DNA of 64,000 nucleotides, taken from positions 6,977-70,976 of the forward strand of contig CAZTGD010000001.1 in assembly GCA_964613055.1 (NCBI GenBank), read 5' to 3'. Position numbers and translations under genes: made by a program. Below the pieces are notes generated by a model. The model was not told the origin of the DNA and searched no databases. It saw only the letters and a list, made by a program, of their open reading frames with translations. This stretch comes from an uncultured Caldisericales bacterium. Its GTDB lineage: Bacteria > Caldisericota > Caldisericia > JAAYUI01. Below are positions 20,105-29,226 of the stretch, piece by piece. Position 1 is the first letter of the stretch, and the number at the start of each line of letters is the position of its first letter.

Positions 20105-21577
20105 ATGGATGACGCTATGAACGAAGAGAGAGATCATACCAAAGGGAATATCCTGAAGAACCTGATAAGCCTTGCCTGGCCAGGTATTGCGGGAAGATTC
20201 TTTGAGAATCTTCATGGGATAGTTGATCTTATCTGGATCGGTATGCTTGGTGGGGCAATGGCTACACAAGCTCAAGCCGCGCTTGTTATATTTGGTGTGG
20301 TCTTTGCTTTCGTGTTTATATTCAACAACCTTTTCGGTCTAAGCTCCGTGTCGATCATTTCAAGGTATTGGGGAGAGAAAAACTACAAAAAAGCTGAGTG
20401 GGCGGCAGAACAAACCATACTGTTCAAGTTTGTTTTTGGTGTGGCAGGTGCAATACTGACATTGATCCTCCTGGAAACCTTCCTTTCTTTTGCTGGAGCT
20501 AGTGCGGAACTGTCGACAGAGTCGGGTTATTCGGTAGTCGGTATTGCCCTTGTATACGGTAGAATAATCCTCATCGCAACACCGTTCTGGTTCACCTACT
20601 TCACATTCAACACAATTTTCAGATGTACATCTGATGCCGAAACGGGAATGTTTCTGACCATTATGTCGGTCATAATAAACGTAGTGTTAGATCCACTGAT
20701 GATCCTTGGGATAGGAGTTTTTCCCAAAATGGGGATTGCAGGTGCCGCGTGGGCAACTGTTATTGCGCAGATGTGTTCGTTTATTCTTGGACTGATACTT
20801 TTATCAACAGGCTATAAGTTCCGATTTGTCCAAACGCGTTTTTCAATTGGAAAGATCATTTTACCAAAATTGATTCTTTTAAAGAGAGGAATAAAAATAA
20901 GCTTGCAAGGTCTGTTAAAACCAGATATTTCAATGATGCTTAACATGATGAGAATTGGTACTACCCCGGCATTGTCAAACCTTTTCAACACTGGATCGGG
21001 TATGATATTTATGAATATTGTGAGCAGTTATAATAACGATGCCCTCCTCTCAGCGTTTGGAATTGGTATGAGGCTCATCGGTTTAGTTAATATGCCACTC
21101 CTTGGTCTTCAGCAGGCGGCGGGTTCGCTTGTTGGTCAGAATCTGGGAGCTAATTCCCCTTACAGGGCTGAAAAAACAGTATGGTATTCTGTTTTGATAG
21201 CACTCAGTTTGTCTGGTTCAATGGTTGCAATATCATACCTTTTTGGAGGGCACATCTACTCTGTGTTCAATCGAGAAGCTGAAGTCATTGCCTTTGGTTC
21301 TTCTCTGCTTGGATTGGCTATGCTACAAAATACAACCTTTTCCATAAAATTCATGATAACATCGTCATTTGAAGGTTCAGGTTACACATTGTGGCCAATG
21401 ATATTTGACACATTAGCAACCTGGCTTGTGTTGTTACCGATCCTTTATTTTACAATCGTGGTCTTTAAATTCGGATACGAGTGGATTTTCATATCAGGTA
21501 TAATTGCCAACAGTGTGCAACTCTTTGTGAGTCTTATGCTTATGAGAATGGGAAGATGGAAGACCGCAAGGATTTGA
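20105..21577 (+). CDS. MATE family efflux transporter
   Basis: 12 TM segments. N-terminal ILKNLISLAWPGIAGRFFENLHGIVDLIWIG is typical of MatE domains. Confidence 0.8.
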   Translation: MDDAMNEERDHTKGNILKNLISLAWPGIAGRFFENLHGIVDLIWIGMLGGAMATQAQAALVIFGVVFAFVFIFNNLFGLSSVSIISRYWGEKNYKKAEWAAEQTILFKFVFGVAGAILTLILLETFLSFAGASAELSTESGYSVVGIALVYGRIILIATPFWFTYFTFNTIFRCTSDAETGMFLTIMSVIINVVLDPLMILGIGVFPKMGIAGAAWATVIAQMCSFILGLILLSTGYKFRFVQTRFSIGKIILPKLILLKRGIKISLQGLLKPDISMMLNMMRIGTTPALSNLFNTGSGMIFMNIVSSYNNDALLSAFGIGMRLIGLVNMPLLGLQQAAGSLVGQNLGANSPYRAEKTVWYSVLIALSLSGSMVAISYLFGGHIYSVFNREAEVIAFGSSLLGLAMLQNTTFSIKFMITSSFEGSGYTLWPMIFDTLATWLVLLPILYFTIVVFKFGYEWIFISGIIANSVQLFVSLMLMRMGRWKTARI

Positions 21578-21668
21578 GAGTGCACACAATCAATCTGAGG
21601 CAATTTCTATTCATTGTTTTCTCCTTTTGTCAAAACACCCAAGCTAAGAACCATCATTATCCAGATAA

Positions 21669-22256
21669 TCATTCTCTGTATATACTAATTAATAGCTTTC
21701 CAATTCTAGTTAGTGGTTGTCCGTATTTTCCACTTGCTATTATTCCTGAACCAAGCAATCTAGACATCATTGGGTCATTCAAATAATAATTCATATCATC
21801 ATTATTAATTATGAATTGGGCATTTGTCATTTTGTCTATTTTGACAATATCTTCATAAAAACATCTGTCTATTGCATACCCTACTTCAAAAAACTGATGT
21901 TCAGTAATCCTACCCATAATCAGATATTTAAAAGCTTTGCCAAGTAAGACTGCTTTTTCAACACAATCTAATCTATCAATTAATATCATCATTTTCTCAC
22001 AAATTTCTACTGATTTCCCACTATCCAACTTTTTAATATACAATTCTCGATCTTTTTGGGGAATTGTATCTGGATTACCCATGAATCCAATCCATTTCTT
22101 AAAAAATGCTCGTCTTAAACATTTTTCTACAAGTTCATAACCACTTGAAGCAATTGAACCAAGATAAGGGATCGCTGTCAATACTGTTTTTATACATTCT
22201 TTGACTATACAACTATCAGTTATTGGATTGTTCAGTCTATTATCAGATTCCTTCAT
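21669..22256 (-). CDS. Hypothetical 195-aa protein in the AT-rich island, co-oriented and 15 nt downstream of the Type IIG R-M gene
   Basis: Very AT-rich ORF with no recognisable motif. Lies immediately 3' of the R-M gene on the same strand, so co-transcription is likely. Confidence 0.5.
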   Translation of the reverse strand: MKESDNRLNNPITDSCIVKECIKTVLTAIPYLGSIASSGYELVEKCLRRAFFKKWIGFMGNPDTIPQKDRELYIKKLDSGKSVEICEKMMILIDRLDCVEKAVLLGKAFKYLIMGRITEHQFFEVGYAIDRCFYEDIVKIDKMTNAQFIINNDDMNYYLNDPMMSRLLGSGIIASGKYGQPLTRIGKLLISIYRE

Positions 22257-22271
22257 CTAAGCTCCTTATCC

Positions 22272-25200
22272 TTATTTATAAGGCAGTTTTGAAAGTTCAT
22301 TGACAAGCTTCACCGTTTCTAGTGAGACGGTTACCACCTTGCCAATGAGGTCAAATATATACCTTTCATTGCCGTCAAAGTTGTTTGGGTCTTGTTTTAT
22401 TCCTGACCTTTTATCTGTTTTGACCCTGTATTGGTCAACAATCCATTCTAAAGCAGAGCGGTTACCCAGCTTGTATTCATAGACTTCTGGTGGGATGCCT
22501 GCAAGTGTTATTGCTTTGTTGTAGACAAGTGATTTCTTATCCTTTGTAATTTTCATCTTGTCTACGGTGAACTTTACATCTGGGAATCTATCTTTATCAA
22601 TAACCTCTTCAAGCTCATATATGTCGGCGTTTTCATAGTCCAGGTGAATATCAGCGAGTCTTTTGCCAATCGAACTGAAGCTCCAGAAGTCTGGTGCAAA
22701 GGGTATTCTTGGTAATGATCCTTTCAGGTTCTTCTCATAGTCCTTGCGGTAATCCTTGTGGTGTAGCATTGCATAGATGTAGTAGAAGATGTCCCATTTG
22801 GTTATTTGCTCCGCTTCACAGGGAGGGTGGACAGGAGTATCATTTAAACCCCCCTGATTTGACTTCGTCAAATCTTCCCCCCTCGAAGAGGGGGGCTTAT
22901 TGTGTGCTTCGTCGGTTCCACTCGAAGAGGGGGGCTTAGTGTCTTTGTAGTGGTTGTGGAACAGTTTCAGGGTGTGGTCGGTAATGTTTTCACGTCTTCC
23001 TGTGCCGTCCTTGTTGTAGGTGTAGAAGGGGAAGCATTGTGAATCACCTGTAAAATGTAAATCAGGTATGGTCTTCGATATTAATGACTGGAATGGTTTC
23101 TTGTTTCCAACCGCTGTTGTGCATATCACCCTGTTCTCTTCCTCGGATGCGGATGTTGGAAAGAAACGATGTTGTTGGTATCTTCTTTGATTCAATAGAT
23201 GATCAAAATATAGATTCACTCGACAATAAGGTCTATAAATACTTTTTCTAAAACCGTTCTCTGATAACCTAATTTGAATATTTTTCTTGAGAGATTCTTT
23301 TAGTCTAACCGTCCACTTTATCTTGCTCTCATCATTTGATAAAATCTTTTCTAATTCAATATCACCAATTTGTCTGTGTGGTTGCTTCTCTAATTTTATT
23401 CTTTCAGTTTCATATGTTGAATAATGCAACATAAGATTTGTTTTTAATTCTTGTTGTGAGAAATTGTATACCCATATATCTCTACCTGTTGCAACTCCTC
23501 TTGAGTAAAGATTGAAGATGGTATCGCAGTCCGGTTTGCCCTTCTTGCGCTTGTCACCCATCAGGGGGTAATCCTCAAAGTCCTCCGCCATACCCTCAGT
23601 CAACCACAGGTGACGCTTGCTGGGTGTCAGTTTCTTCCAGTTGACTCCTTTTAAATCACCCGCCTTGTATACAATTTCAAACTTTTCAATCCTTGTAGAT
23701 CTGAAAGGTACGTCAAAGTACCAGATTCCCTTTTCTTTTGATGCTTTGTTCTTTATGAAGAATGAAATGGATATACCAACCATTGCTGACAGACCAAACA
23801 CTGTATGCTTTTCACCCAATGGTATACCATCTCTCATTGAGTCTTTCCGTATGTTACCCTTTAGATCCAACACATACAGCTTATCAAAATCCTTCTCCAG
23901 GTGCTTTCTCATCCCGTCAAAAGCGTATCCATCGATGAAGCTGTTGTTGGTGATCATGGCAATAACACCCTCATCACCGATTCTCTCTGATGCCCACTTG
24001 ATGGCTTTTACATATGGATCATAAATTGCATTCTTTTTTGTCGCTCTTGAGTCTTTCCCAAAGGTATTTCCGATAGCCTCCTCTAATTTGGGATATTTCC
24101 TGTTTTTATTATTATCCATCTCATTCTGCTGATTTGAGTTGTATGGAGGGTTACAAATGACAACAAAGATTGGTGATTCTGACTGTTTTATGACTCTCTG
24201 TGCGTTCTCATCATTGAAGTACAGACCACCGTGTTCTTCAAACATCTGAAAGGTGTCGGCAAAGCAGATGCCTGGGAAGGGCTCTCTTTCACCCATAGCA
24301 TCGTAGTATGCGTGCTCTATGTTGATGTTTGCTATGTAGTATGGCATCAGCTGTATCTCATTACAGTGAAGCTCCTCAAGGTATTTTTGTTTTAGTCTGG
24401 TAGGGTTAATCTTCTCTATCACGTTTACTATGAAGTTTCCTGTTCCCACAAAAGGATCAATAATGTGGACTTGTTCACTACCTAGACCCTGCTTCTTGTC
24501 AAACTCTGTCTTGAGTATCTCGTCTACTGACCTGACCATGAAGTTAACCACAGGTTGTGGTGTGTAGACTATTCCAAGTCTGTCTGCTGATTTTATTGCC
24601 CAGCCTTGAAAGAAACGCTCAAAGATATCGTTTAGGAAGACCTGTTTTGCTTTGAAATCCTCCAGCTTATATGCCGCTTTCACTATCTGATCGTAGAAAT
24701 GGTCAAGAGAGCCTAAGAACTCTGTTTTGTTGAAGTAACCTTTGGTCATTGAATCGATTACGCTTTCAATGTTCTTTGCTATTATGTTTCGACTTGTAAA
24801 GCTCTTAAGGTCAAATATGCTCTCCAGTATCCTCTCCGTAAGCAGGTGCTGTACAATCATCTCTTTGATTGCGACACGGCTCACATTGGGATTGATTGAT
24901 TTTGTGCAAAGTTTATAGAACTCATCAAATCTTTTTATGAAAAGCTCGTTTGTTTGTTGTGATTCCTCAATCTTTTCAAGCAGACCCTTGGCGAGTATTG
25001 GCATACGTTCATCAAAGGTGTCAATAGCCTCTTCCCATGTTTTCCTGTCAAAATGTTCATAGTTGAAGAACTTTTCAAGTACCTTGATGAAACTCTCTGG
25101 GTTGTCTGCTATATCTTCATCATAGACCTTTTTCTTTCGCTGTATTAGAACAGCACGCTTTGGTTGCCAGAAGAGTATATTGAAATCTGGATAGTCTTTT

Positions 25201-25559
25201 GTGAGAATCTTTTTTTCTATCTCTTCATCCAGGTCATCATCGTCATCCTTTGATTCCATATACCCCATGGGGAGAATGCCTACTTTTGATTCTAGAAAAC
25301 TGCCATCAGGGATGTTGCCGTTTGGTAGAGATTTCTTCGGTTCAAAGTTCCATTCAACTTGCTTTGAACAGTATGAAAGTAGGTTTAGGAAGATTGGCTC
25401 TACTACACCTTCAGATGGATTGTTGTTTGTACGAGTCTGAAAATATATCTCATACTGCCTCTTCATATCCCTGTAGTACTGCTCAATGGGTTTGTCAGAA
25501 GGTTTTAGGCTGAGTTTGCTCTGTTCATTCATACAACCACTCCCATTTATAGTTTTCAA
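22272..25559 (-). CDS. Type IIG (MmeI-like) restriction-modification enzyme: N-terminal PD-ExK-like nuclease + gamma-class N6-adenine DNA methyltransferase + target-recognition/C-terminal domain (alternative: BREX PglX-like MTase)
   Basis: Candidate nuclease motif IPDGSF...VGILPMGYMESK (PD...ExK), resembling the D..ExK catalytic motif recalled from MmeI (not verifiable here). MTase motif I IIDPFVGTGNFIVNV. Motif IV VVICNPPYNS. C-terminal FYYIYAMLHHKDYRKDYEKNLKGSLPRIPF matches the MmeI/PglX-type C-domain. No BREX partner genes nearby. Confidence 0.65.
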   Translation of the reverse strand: MKTINGSGCMNEQSKLSLKPSDKPIEQYYRDMKRQYEIYFQTRTNNNPSEGVVEPIFLNLLSYCSKQVEWNFEPKKSLPNGNIPDGSFLESKVGILPMGYMESKDDDDDLDEEIEKKILTKDYPDFNILFWQPKRAVLIQRKKKVYDEDIADNPESFIKVLEKFFNYEHFDRKTWEEAIDTFDERMPILAKGLLEKIEESQQTNELFIKRFDEFYKLCTKSINPNVSRVAIKEMIVQHLLTERILESIFDLKSFTSRNIIAKNIESVIDSMTKGYFNKTEFLGSLDHFYDQIVKAAYKLEDFKAKQVFLNDIFERFFQGWAIKSADRLGIVYTPQPVVNFMVRSVDEILKTEFDKKQGLGSEQVHIIDPFVGTGNFIVNVIEKINPTRLKQKYLEELHCNEIQLMPYYIANINIEHAYYDAMGEREPFPGICFADTFQMFEEHGGLYFNDENAQRVIKQSESPIFVVICNPPYNSNQQNEMDNNKNRKYPKLEEAIGNTFGKDSRATKKNAIYDPYVKAIKWASERIGDEGVIAMITNNSFIDGYAFDGMRKHLEKDFDKLYVLDLKGNIRKDSMRDGIPLGEKHTVFGLSAMVGISISFFIKNKASKEKGIWYFDVPFRSTRIEKFEIVYKAGDLKGVNWKKLTPSKRHLWLTEGMAEDFEDYPLMGDKRKKGKPDCDTIFNLYSRGVATGRDIWVYNFSQQELKTNLMLHYSTYETERIKLEKQPHRQIGDIELEKILSNDESKIKWTVRLKESLKKNIQIRLSENGFRKSIYRPYCRVNLYFDHLLNQRRYQQHRFFPTSASEEENRVICTTAVGNKKPFQSLISKTIPDLHFTGDSQCFPFYTYNKDGTGRRENITDHTLKLFHNHYKDTKPPSSSGTDEAHNKPPSSRGEDLTKSNQGGLNDTPVHPPCEAEQITKWDIFYYIYAMLHHKDYRKDYEKNLKGSLPRIPFAPDFWSFSSIGKRLADIHLDYENADIYELEEVIDKDRFPDVKFTVDKMKITKDKKSLVYNKAITLAGIPPEVYEYKLGNRSALEWIVDQYRVKTDKRSGIKQDPNNFDGNERYIFDLIGKVVTVSLETVKLVNELSKLPYK
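22842..22934. repeat. GC-rich structured in-frame insertion inside the R-M gene: 17-bp direct repeat (CTCGAAGAGGGGGGCTT x2), four C6/G6 homopolymer tracts, nested hairpins
   Basis: CCCCCC-TGATTTGAC-TTC-GTCAAATC-TTCCCCCC-TCGAAGA-GGGGGG ... TCGAAGA-GGGGGG. Much higher GC than the surrounding roughly 30% GC gene. Encodes the Pro/Ser/Gly linker KPPSSSGTDEAHNKPPSSRGEDLTKSNQGG. Confidence 0.5.
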
Positions 25560-25629
25560 ACCTGTTATCCATTACAACTGCCCATTATATAGCCACAAAT
25601 AATACCAATCAAATCTCTACTCTTTCATC

Positions 25630-25647
25630 GTATACCAAAGGGTATAC
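25630..25647. promoter_or_regulatory. Operator-like palindrome GTATACC-AAAG-GGTATAC in the R-M gene promoter region
   Basis: 7-bp inverted arms, 70 nt upstream of the R-M start codon (25559). Shares arms with the second palindrome 56 bp away. Confidence 0.35.
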
Positions 25648-25685
25648 ACAATATAACAGTTTGTAATACATTCCTTTTATATTAT

Positions 25686-25703
25686 GTATACCCATGGGTA
25701 TAC
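25686..25703. promoter_or_regulatory. Perfect 18-bp palindrome GTATACCCATGGGTATAC between the wHTH gene stop and the R-M gene start
   Basis: Perfect dyad with the same GTATACC arms as 25630-25647. A candidate dimeric regulator binding site. Confidence 0.35.
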
Positions 25704-25732
25704 TGTAATAGGGATGATGAATTACATAGTTA

Positions 25733-26257
25733 CTATCTGTGATTGATGATATTAGAGATGTCATAGGTGTTTGCTATTCCCGTTCTTCCTTTTCTGCTGT
25801 GTATACCCTTTGTGATTATTAGATTGTATTCACTTTCAAGTGACTTAATTGCTTTGTTGGGTCCTGCTTTTGAATAGGTTCCTCTGGTACTGGGTTGAAG
25901 GTTCATGAATTCACAGATCTGTTCAAGACTTAGGAAACAGCTTGTATTGTTGAATTGATGGCAGACTGAAAGGATGATACGAAGGATCTTGTGTTTGTAC
26001 TTATCACCTTTGATATTAAAGTATGAGGTGTTTATCTTTGGTCTGTGACATATTGATTGGATGCTGTTGTAAACATTGGTTAGGTATTGGTATCTGTAGT
26101 TAGAAAGCTCTGAAAAGTGACCAGGCTGATACTTGTCAAATACGTCTTTTATATCATCCAGTGAGTAACCACAGGTATCAAGACGGGTCATAACCGCGGC
26201 TTCTGCCTCTGATCTTGATGGATATGATTTGAAGGTGCTTAGAGTCTTTATATCCAA
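25733..26257 (-). CDS. Winged-HTH protein, possibly a truncated or non-canonically initiated replication-initiator/regulator-like gene of the island
   Basis: C-terminal wHTH-like segment LSLEQICEFMNLQPSTRGTYSKAGPNKAIKSLESEYNLI. The table ORF starts with TTG. The same frame stays open upstream to a TAG at about 26629-26631 (roughly 125 more codons, including a CSGCG motif) with no ATG, GTG or TTG in between. Confidence 0.4.
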   Translation of the reverse strand: MDIKTLSTFKSYPSRSEAEAAVMTRLDTCGYSLDDIKDVFDKYQPGHFSELSNYRYQYLTNVYNSIQSICHRPKINTSYFNIKGDKYKHKILRIILSVCHQFNNTSCFLSLEQICEFMNLQPSTRGTYSKAGPNKAIKSLESEYNLIITKGIHSRKGRTGIANTYDISNIINHR

Positions 26258-26658
26258 AGGGATTCCTTTTATAGCTGTTTTCAGGTTTTCAAGTGCTGTG
26301 TATACCCAAGGCTCTGGTTTGAGTTTTAAATACCGAGGGAGTACAAGTGATGTGTTTGATGATGTTGAAGTGCTGGGATTAACAAGGTCAGATATGTCTG
26401 ACCAATTTATCTCAGGTGGATTTATAAACCCGTTGTACCAGTCGTTGTTCCAGTAATATTCAAAGCTTCCAACTTCTGAGTTTGGTACAAGAGAATAGCA
26501 GTTTCTGATACGTGCCTCTCCCTTACCAACATCTGGTCTCCAATTGGTTACGGTTATGTCAGCGGGTTTTGTTAAGTTGTCAAGTCCACAGCCGGAACAT
26601 TGCGGCTCATCCTCGATGAGTTGAAATCTCTAGCATTCGTATTATCATCTAGCACTAA

Positions 26659-29145
26659 GTGCGACACTTTTTAGACACGCCGTTACTAATACGCTTCACG
26701 GGGTGCTTGCTGTTGGTATGCGCAGTAGGTATTGTGAGTGTTATTGGTGTATTGATACCTAGTAATAGTGCAGAAGCTGTAAATATTACCGATTATTACT
26801 ATTCTGACTTTAAACCCGTCAAGATTGTTGAAAATGATCATATCCAGAATATGCCATCCATTCATGGTAATTATATATCCTGGCTCGATTCAAGGTTAAA
26901 CGATAAGGCAGGTAGGATATTTCCGCGCAACTACATGATGGACATAAGAACGAGAGAAGAGAGGGTTGCAAACTCCTTTGCCAGGAAATCAGGTGCGATG
27001 ACTCAGTACAGGAACAAGATAGTATGGGCTGAAAATACTGACAGATTAAGGGAGAACAACTTCGATATTAAGTGCTACGATTTTAAAAGTGACGAAATTT
27101 CAACCGTGTGTAGCAACAAAACTATGCAATCGAATCCTCAGATATCTGATGATTACATTATATGGAATGATATGAGAGACTCCGATGTTGGTTCTGATGA
27201 TCCATCACAATTTGCTATTTATGGTATCCCCACAGAAGGAGGTGATGAGTTTCTTATAAAGGATCATGAAACACCTGGTATTGCAGAGTTGTTTGGTGAT
27301 TATATTATTTTATCAAAAGAAAATGAGGATAGAGGAGATTATGATGTATACCTTTTAATTCCGTCAAGTTCAAAAAGTATACCCATATGTACAGCTAAAG
27401 GAGACCAGTTTAACCCAGCAATAATCAACGATAATTTCGTAGTCTGGGAGGATACTCGAAATGCTCCTGAATTCGGTTTCGACAGACCTGGGGATATCTA
27501 TGGTTATTCGATAAATAATCACAAAGAGATTTTTATATCCATTGATAAAGCCAGAGACTATGGTTTGGTTGTGGGAGAGGAGCGGTACTGCCTTTGGTTC
27601 AGAGAGTCTGGTGATTCTATTGGTGGTTTGGCAAACACAATTCACGGTTATGATACCTTTGCTCAAAAGGAGTTTACAATTTGCGATAAACCAAGCGACA
27701 ATAGAAAGGCGGTTGTTGGAGAGGATTGGATTGTATGGGAAGTGCATACTCATACAGAATTTGGTTCTGACCTGATGGCATACCATATTGAATCAGATAA
27801 AATCTATACCTTATGTAAATCATATGGCGATCAAATGAATCCAAGCATTTATAGGAACCGAGTTGTTTGGGAAAATCACAGCAATTCCAATACAGAAGAA
27901 GTAAGCATCTGGTATGCAGATCTTGACATTCTAGCAAGTAATAAATCACTCAACCAGCAATGGGGGTTTTCTCACCGACCCATTTGGAGTCAATGTCGAG
28001 CAGATGATACTAATAGCGGTATGGGTTTTGCTGAGATTAGGGATCTTGATAGATTTAAAATGAATCAACAATGGAAGACAAAGCTTAATGGTTCAATCAC
28101 ATCTTCAGCATGTTTCGACAGAAGCTGTTTTGCATACTTAGGGACCTCACAGGGAAAGGATGGTTATTTCTACAAAATATCAGCCTATACGGGTGAAATA
28201 ATCTGGGAAAAAGCTGTAGAAGGAGGTGTTAGATCCTCTCCGGCTATATACAATAACCGCGCTTTCTTCGGTACCTCTTCCGGTAAGTTTTATTGCCTCG
28301 AAACCGATTATGGTCAAGAAGTTTGGAGTATACAACTTGATGATGCCATTGACACCTCGCCAACGATTTTTATCAGCGAGGTGGATCATTACCCCATGGT
28401 CATATTCAGCTCTAACAATAAATCATTGTATATGTATAGTGTTAGAGGAAACAAACCAAACAAGCAATGGGAAATTATGCTGGATGGATGGGTAAAAGGA
28501 ACAGTTGCAATCGATTATAATAGATTCTTCAGAGTATCAAGAAGAGAACCAGTAAAAAAGTATATTTATGCTGGATTGTCCAGCAACAGGATTGTGTGTA
28601 TTGATCCGGCAACAGCACAAATAGTCGCATCCTTTCCAACGGACTCTTCAATTAAAACCCCCCCAATCGCAATAGGACCTACTTGTATCGGTACTTCTGG
28701 TGAAGGCACGCTGTATTGTTTTGATTTCTGTGGATTGGGAAGGTCTCCAGAGCTTCACATTGAGGAAAAAACATATCACAGATCAATGTCCTCTCCAGTC
28801 TATGATCGAATCAACCAGATCCTATGTTTTGAAAGCAGTTCAGACTCAATATCATTTATAAATGGGAATAAAAAGTGGACGACTACCATCAGTAAAACTC
28901 TATCTGCTTCACCTTCTCTGTCGATTTCTACACGCAATGATGGTTCATATATGATTATTTCATCGTTTGATGGAAGTCTGTTTATTTTTAACACTGTAAA
29001 TGGTGAAATTCTTTGGAACAAGTCGCTTGAAGCCAGGGTAACGAGTTCACCAAGCATACTGGATACCGGATTTGTCTCGATAATTATAGGTTCAAATGAT
29101 TCTTATCTGTATTGCTGGGGCCAGAGACCCATCTATTCAGATTAA
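26659..29145 (+). CDS. Secreted beta-propeller repeat protein (N-terminal xxVWxDxR-type blades, C-terminal PQQ-like repeats)
   Basis: GTG start. Signal-peptide-like MRHF...LLLVCAVGIVSVIGVLIPSNSAEA. Repeated blade motifs YISWLDSRLND, IVWAENTDRL, YIIWNDMRDSD, FVVWEDTRNAPEF, WIVWEVHTHTEFGSD and RVVWENHSN. C-terminal PQQ-like GGVRSSPAIYNNRAFFGTSSGKFYCLETDYGQEVW. Confidence 0.65.
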   Translation: MRHFLDTPLLIRFTGCLLLVCAVGIVSVIGVLIPSNSAEAVNITDYYYSDFKPVKIVENDHIQNMPSIHGNYISWLDSRLNDKAGRIFPRNYMMDIRTREERVANSFARKSGAMTQYRNKIVWAENTDRLRENNFDIKCYDFKSDEISTVCSNKTMQSNPQISDDYIIWNDMRDSDVGSDDPSQFAIYGIPTEGGDEFLIKDHETPGIAELFGDYIILSKENEDRGDYDVYLLIPSSSKSIPICTAKGDQFNPAIINDNFVVWEDTRNAPEFGFDRPGDIYGYSINNHKEIFISIDKARDYGLVVGEERYCLWFRESGDSIGGLANTIHGYDTFAQKEFTICDKPSDNRKAVVGEDWIVWEVHTHTEFGSDLMAYHIESDKIYTLCKSYGDQMNPSIYRNRVVWENHSNSNTEEVSIWYADLDILASNKSLNQQWGFSHRPIWSQCRADDTNSGMGFAEIRDLDRFKMNQQWKTKLNGSITSSACFDRSCFAYLGTSQGKDGYFYKISAYTGEIIWEKAVEGGVRSSPAIYNNRAFFGTSSGKFYCLETDYGQEVWSIQLDDAIDTSPTIFISEVDHYPMVIFSSNNKSLYMYSVRGNKPNKQWEIMLDGWVKGTVAIDYNRFFRVSRREPVKKYIYAGLSSNRIVCIDPATAQIVASFPTDSSIKTPPIAIGPTCIGTSGEGTLYCFDFCGLGRSPELHIEEKTYHRSMSSPVYDRINQILCFESSSDSISFINGNKKWTTTISKTLSASPSLSISTRNDGSYMIISSFDGSLFIFNTVNGEILWNKSLEARVTSSPSILDTGFVSIIIGSNDSYLYCWGQRPIYSD

Positions 29146-29226
29146 CCTAATAATCCACACCTTTATTGACATAGTAACCATTGATCCTAATCTTATTTTG
29201 AACGTTATTCACTTGGAGGTCTAACT

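Noticed and set aside
22842-22934. Possible CRISPR-like repeat (two 17-bp direct repeats with a 22-bp spacer)
   Set aside because: Only two copies. They lie inside a coding frame. No cas genes. No further repeat units. Treated as an intragenic insertion or slippage module instead.
25630-25703. GTATAC-containing palindromes as mere restriction-site coincidences
   Set aside because: Not fully rejected. The shared 7-bp arms and the promoter location argue for operator function, so they are reported as candidate regulatory sites, not dismissed.
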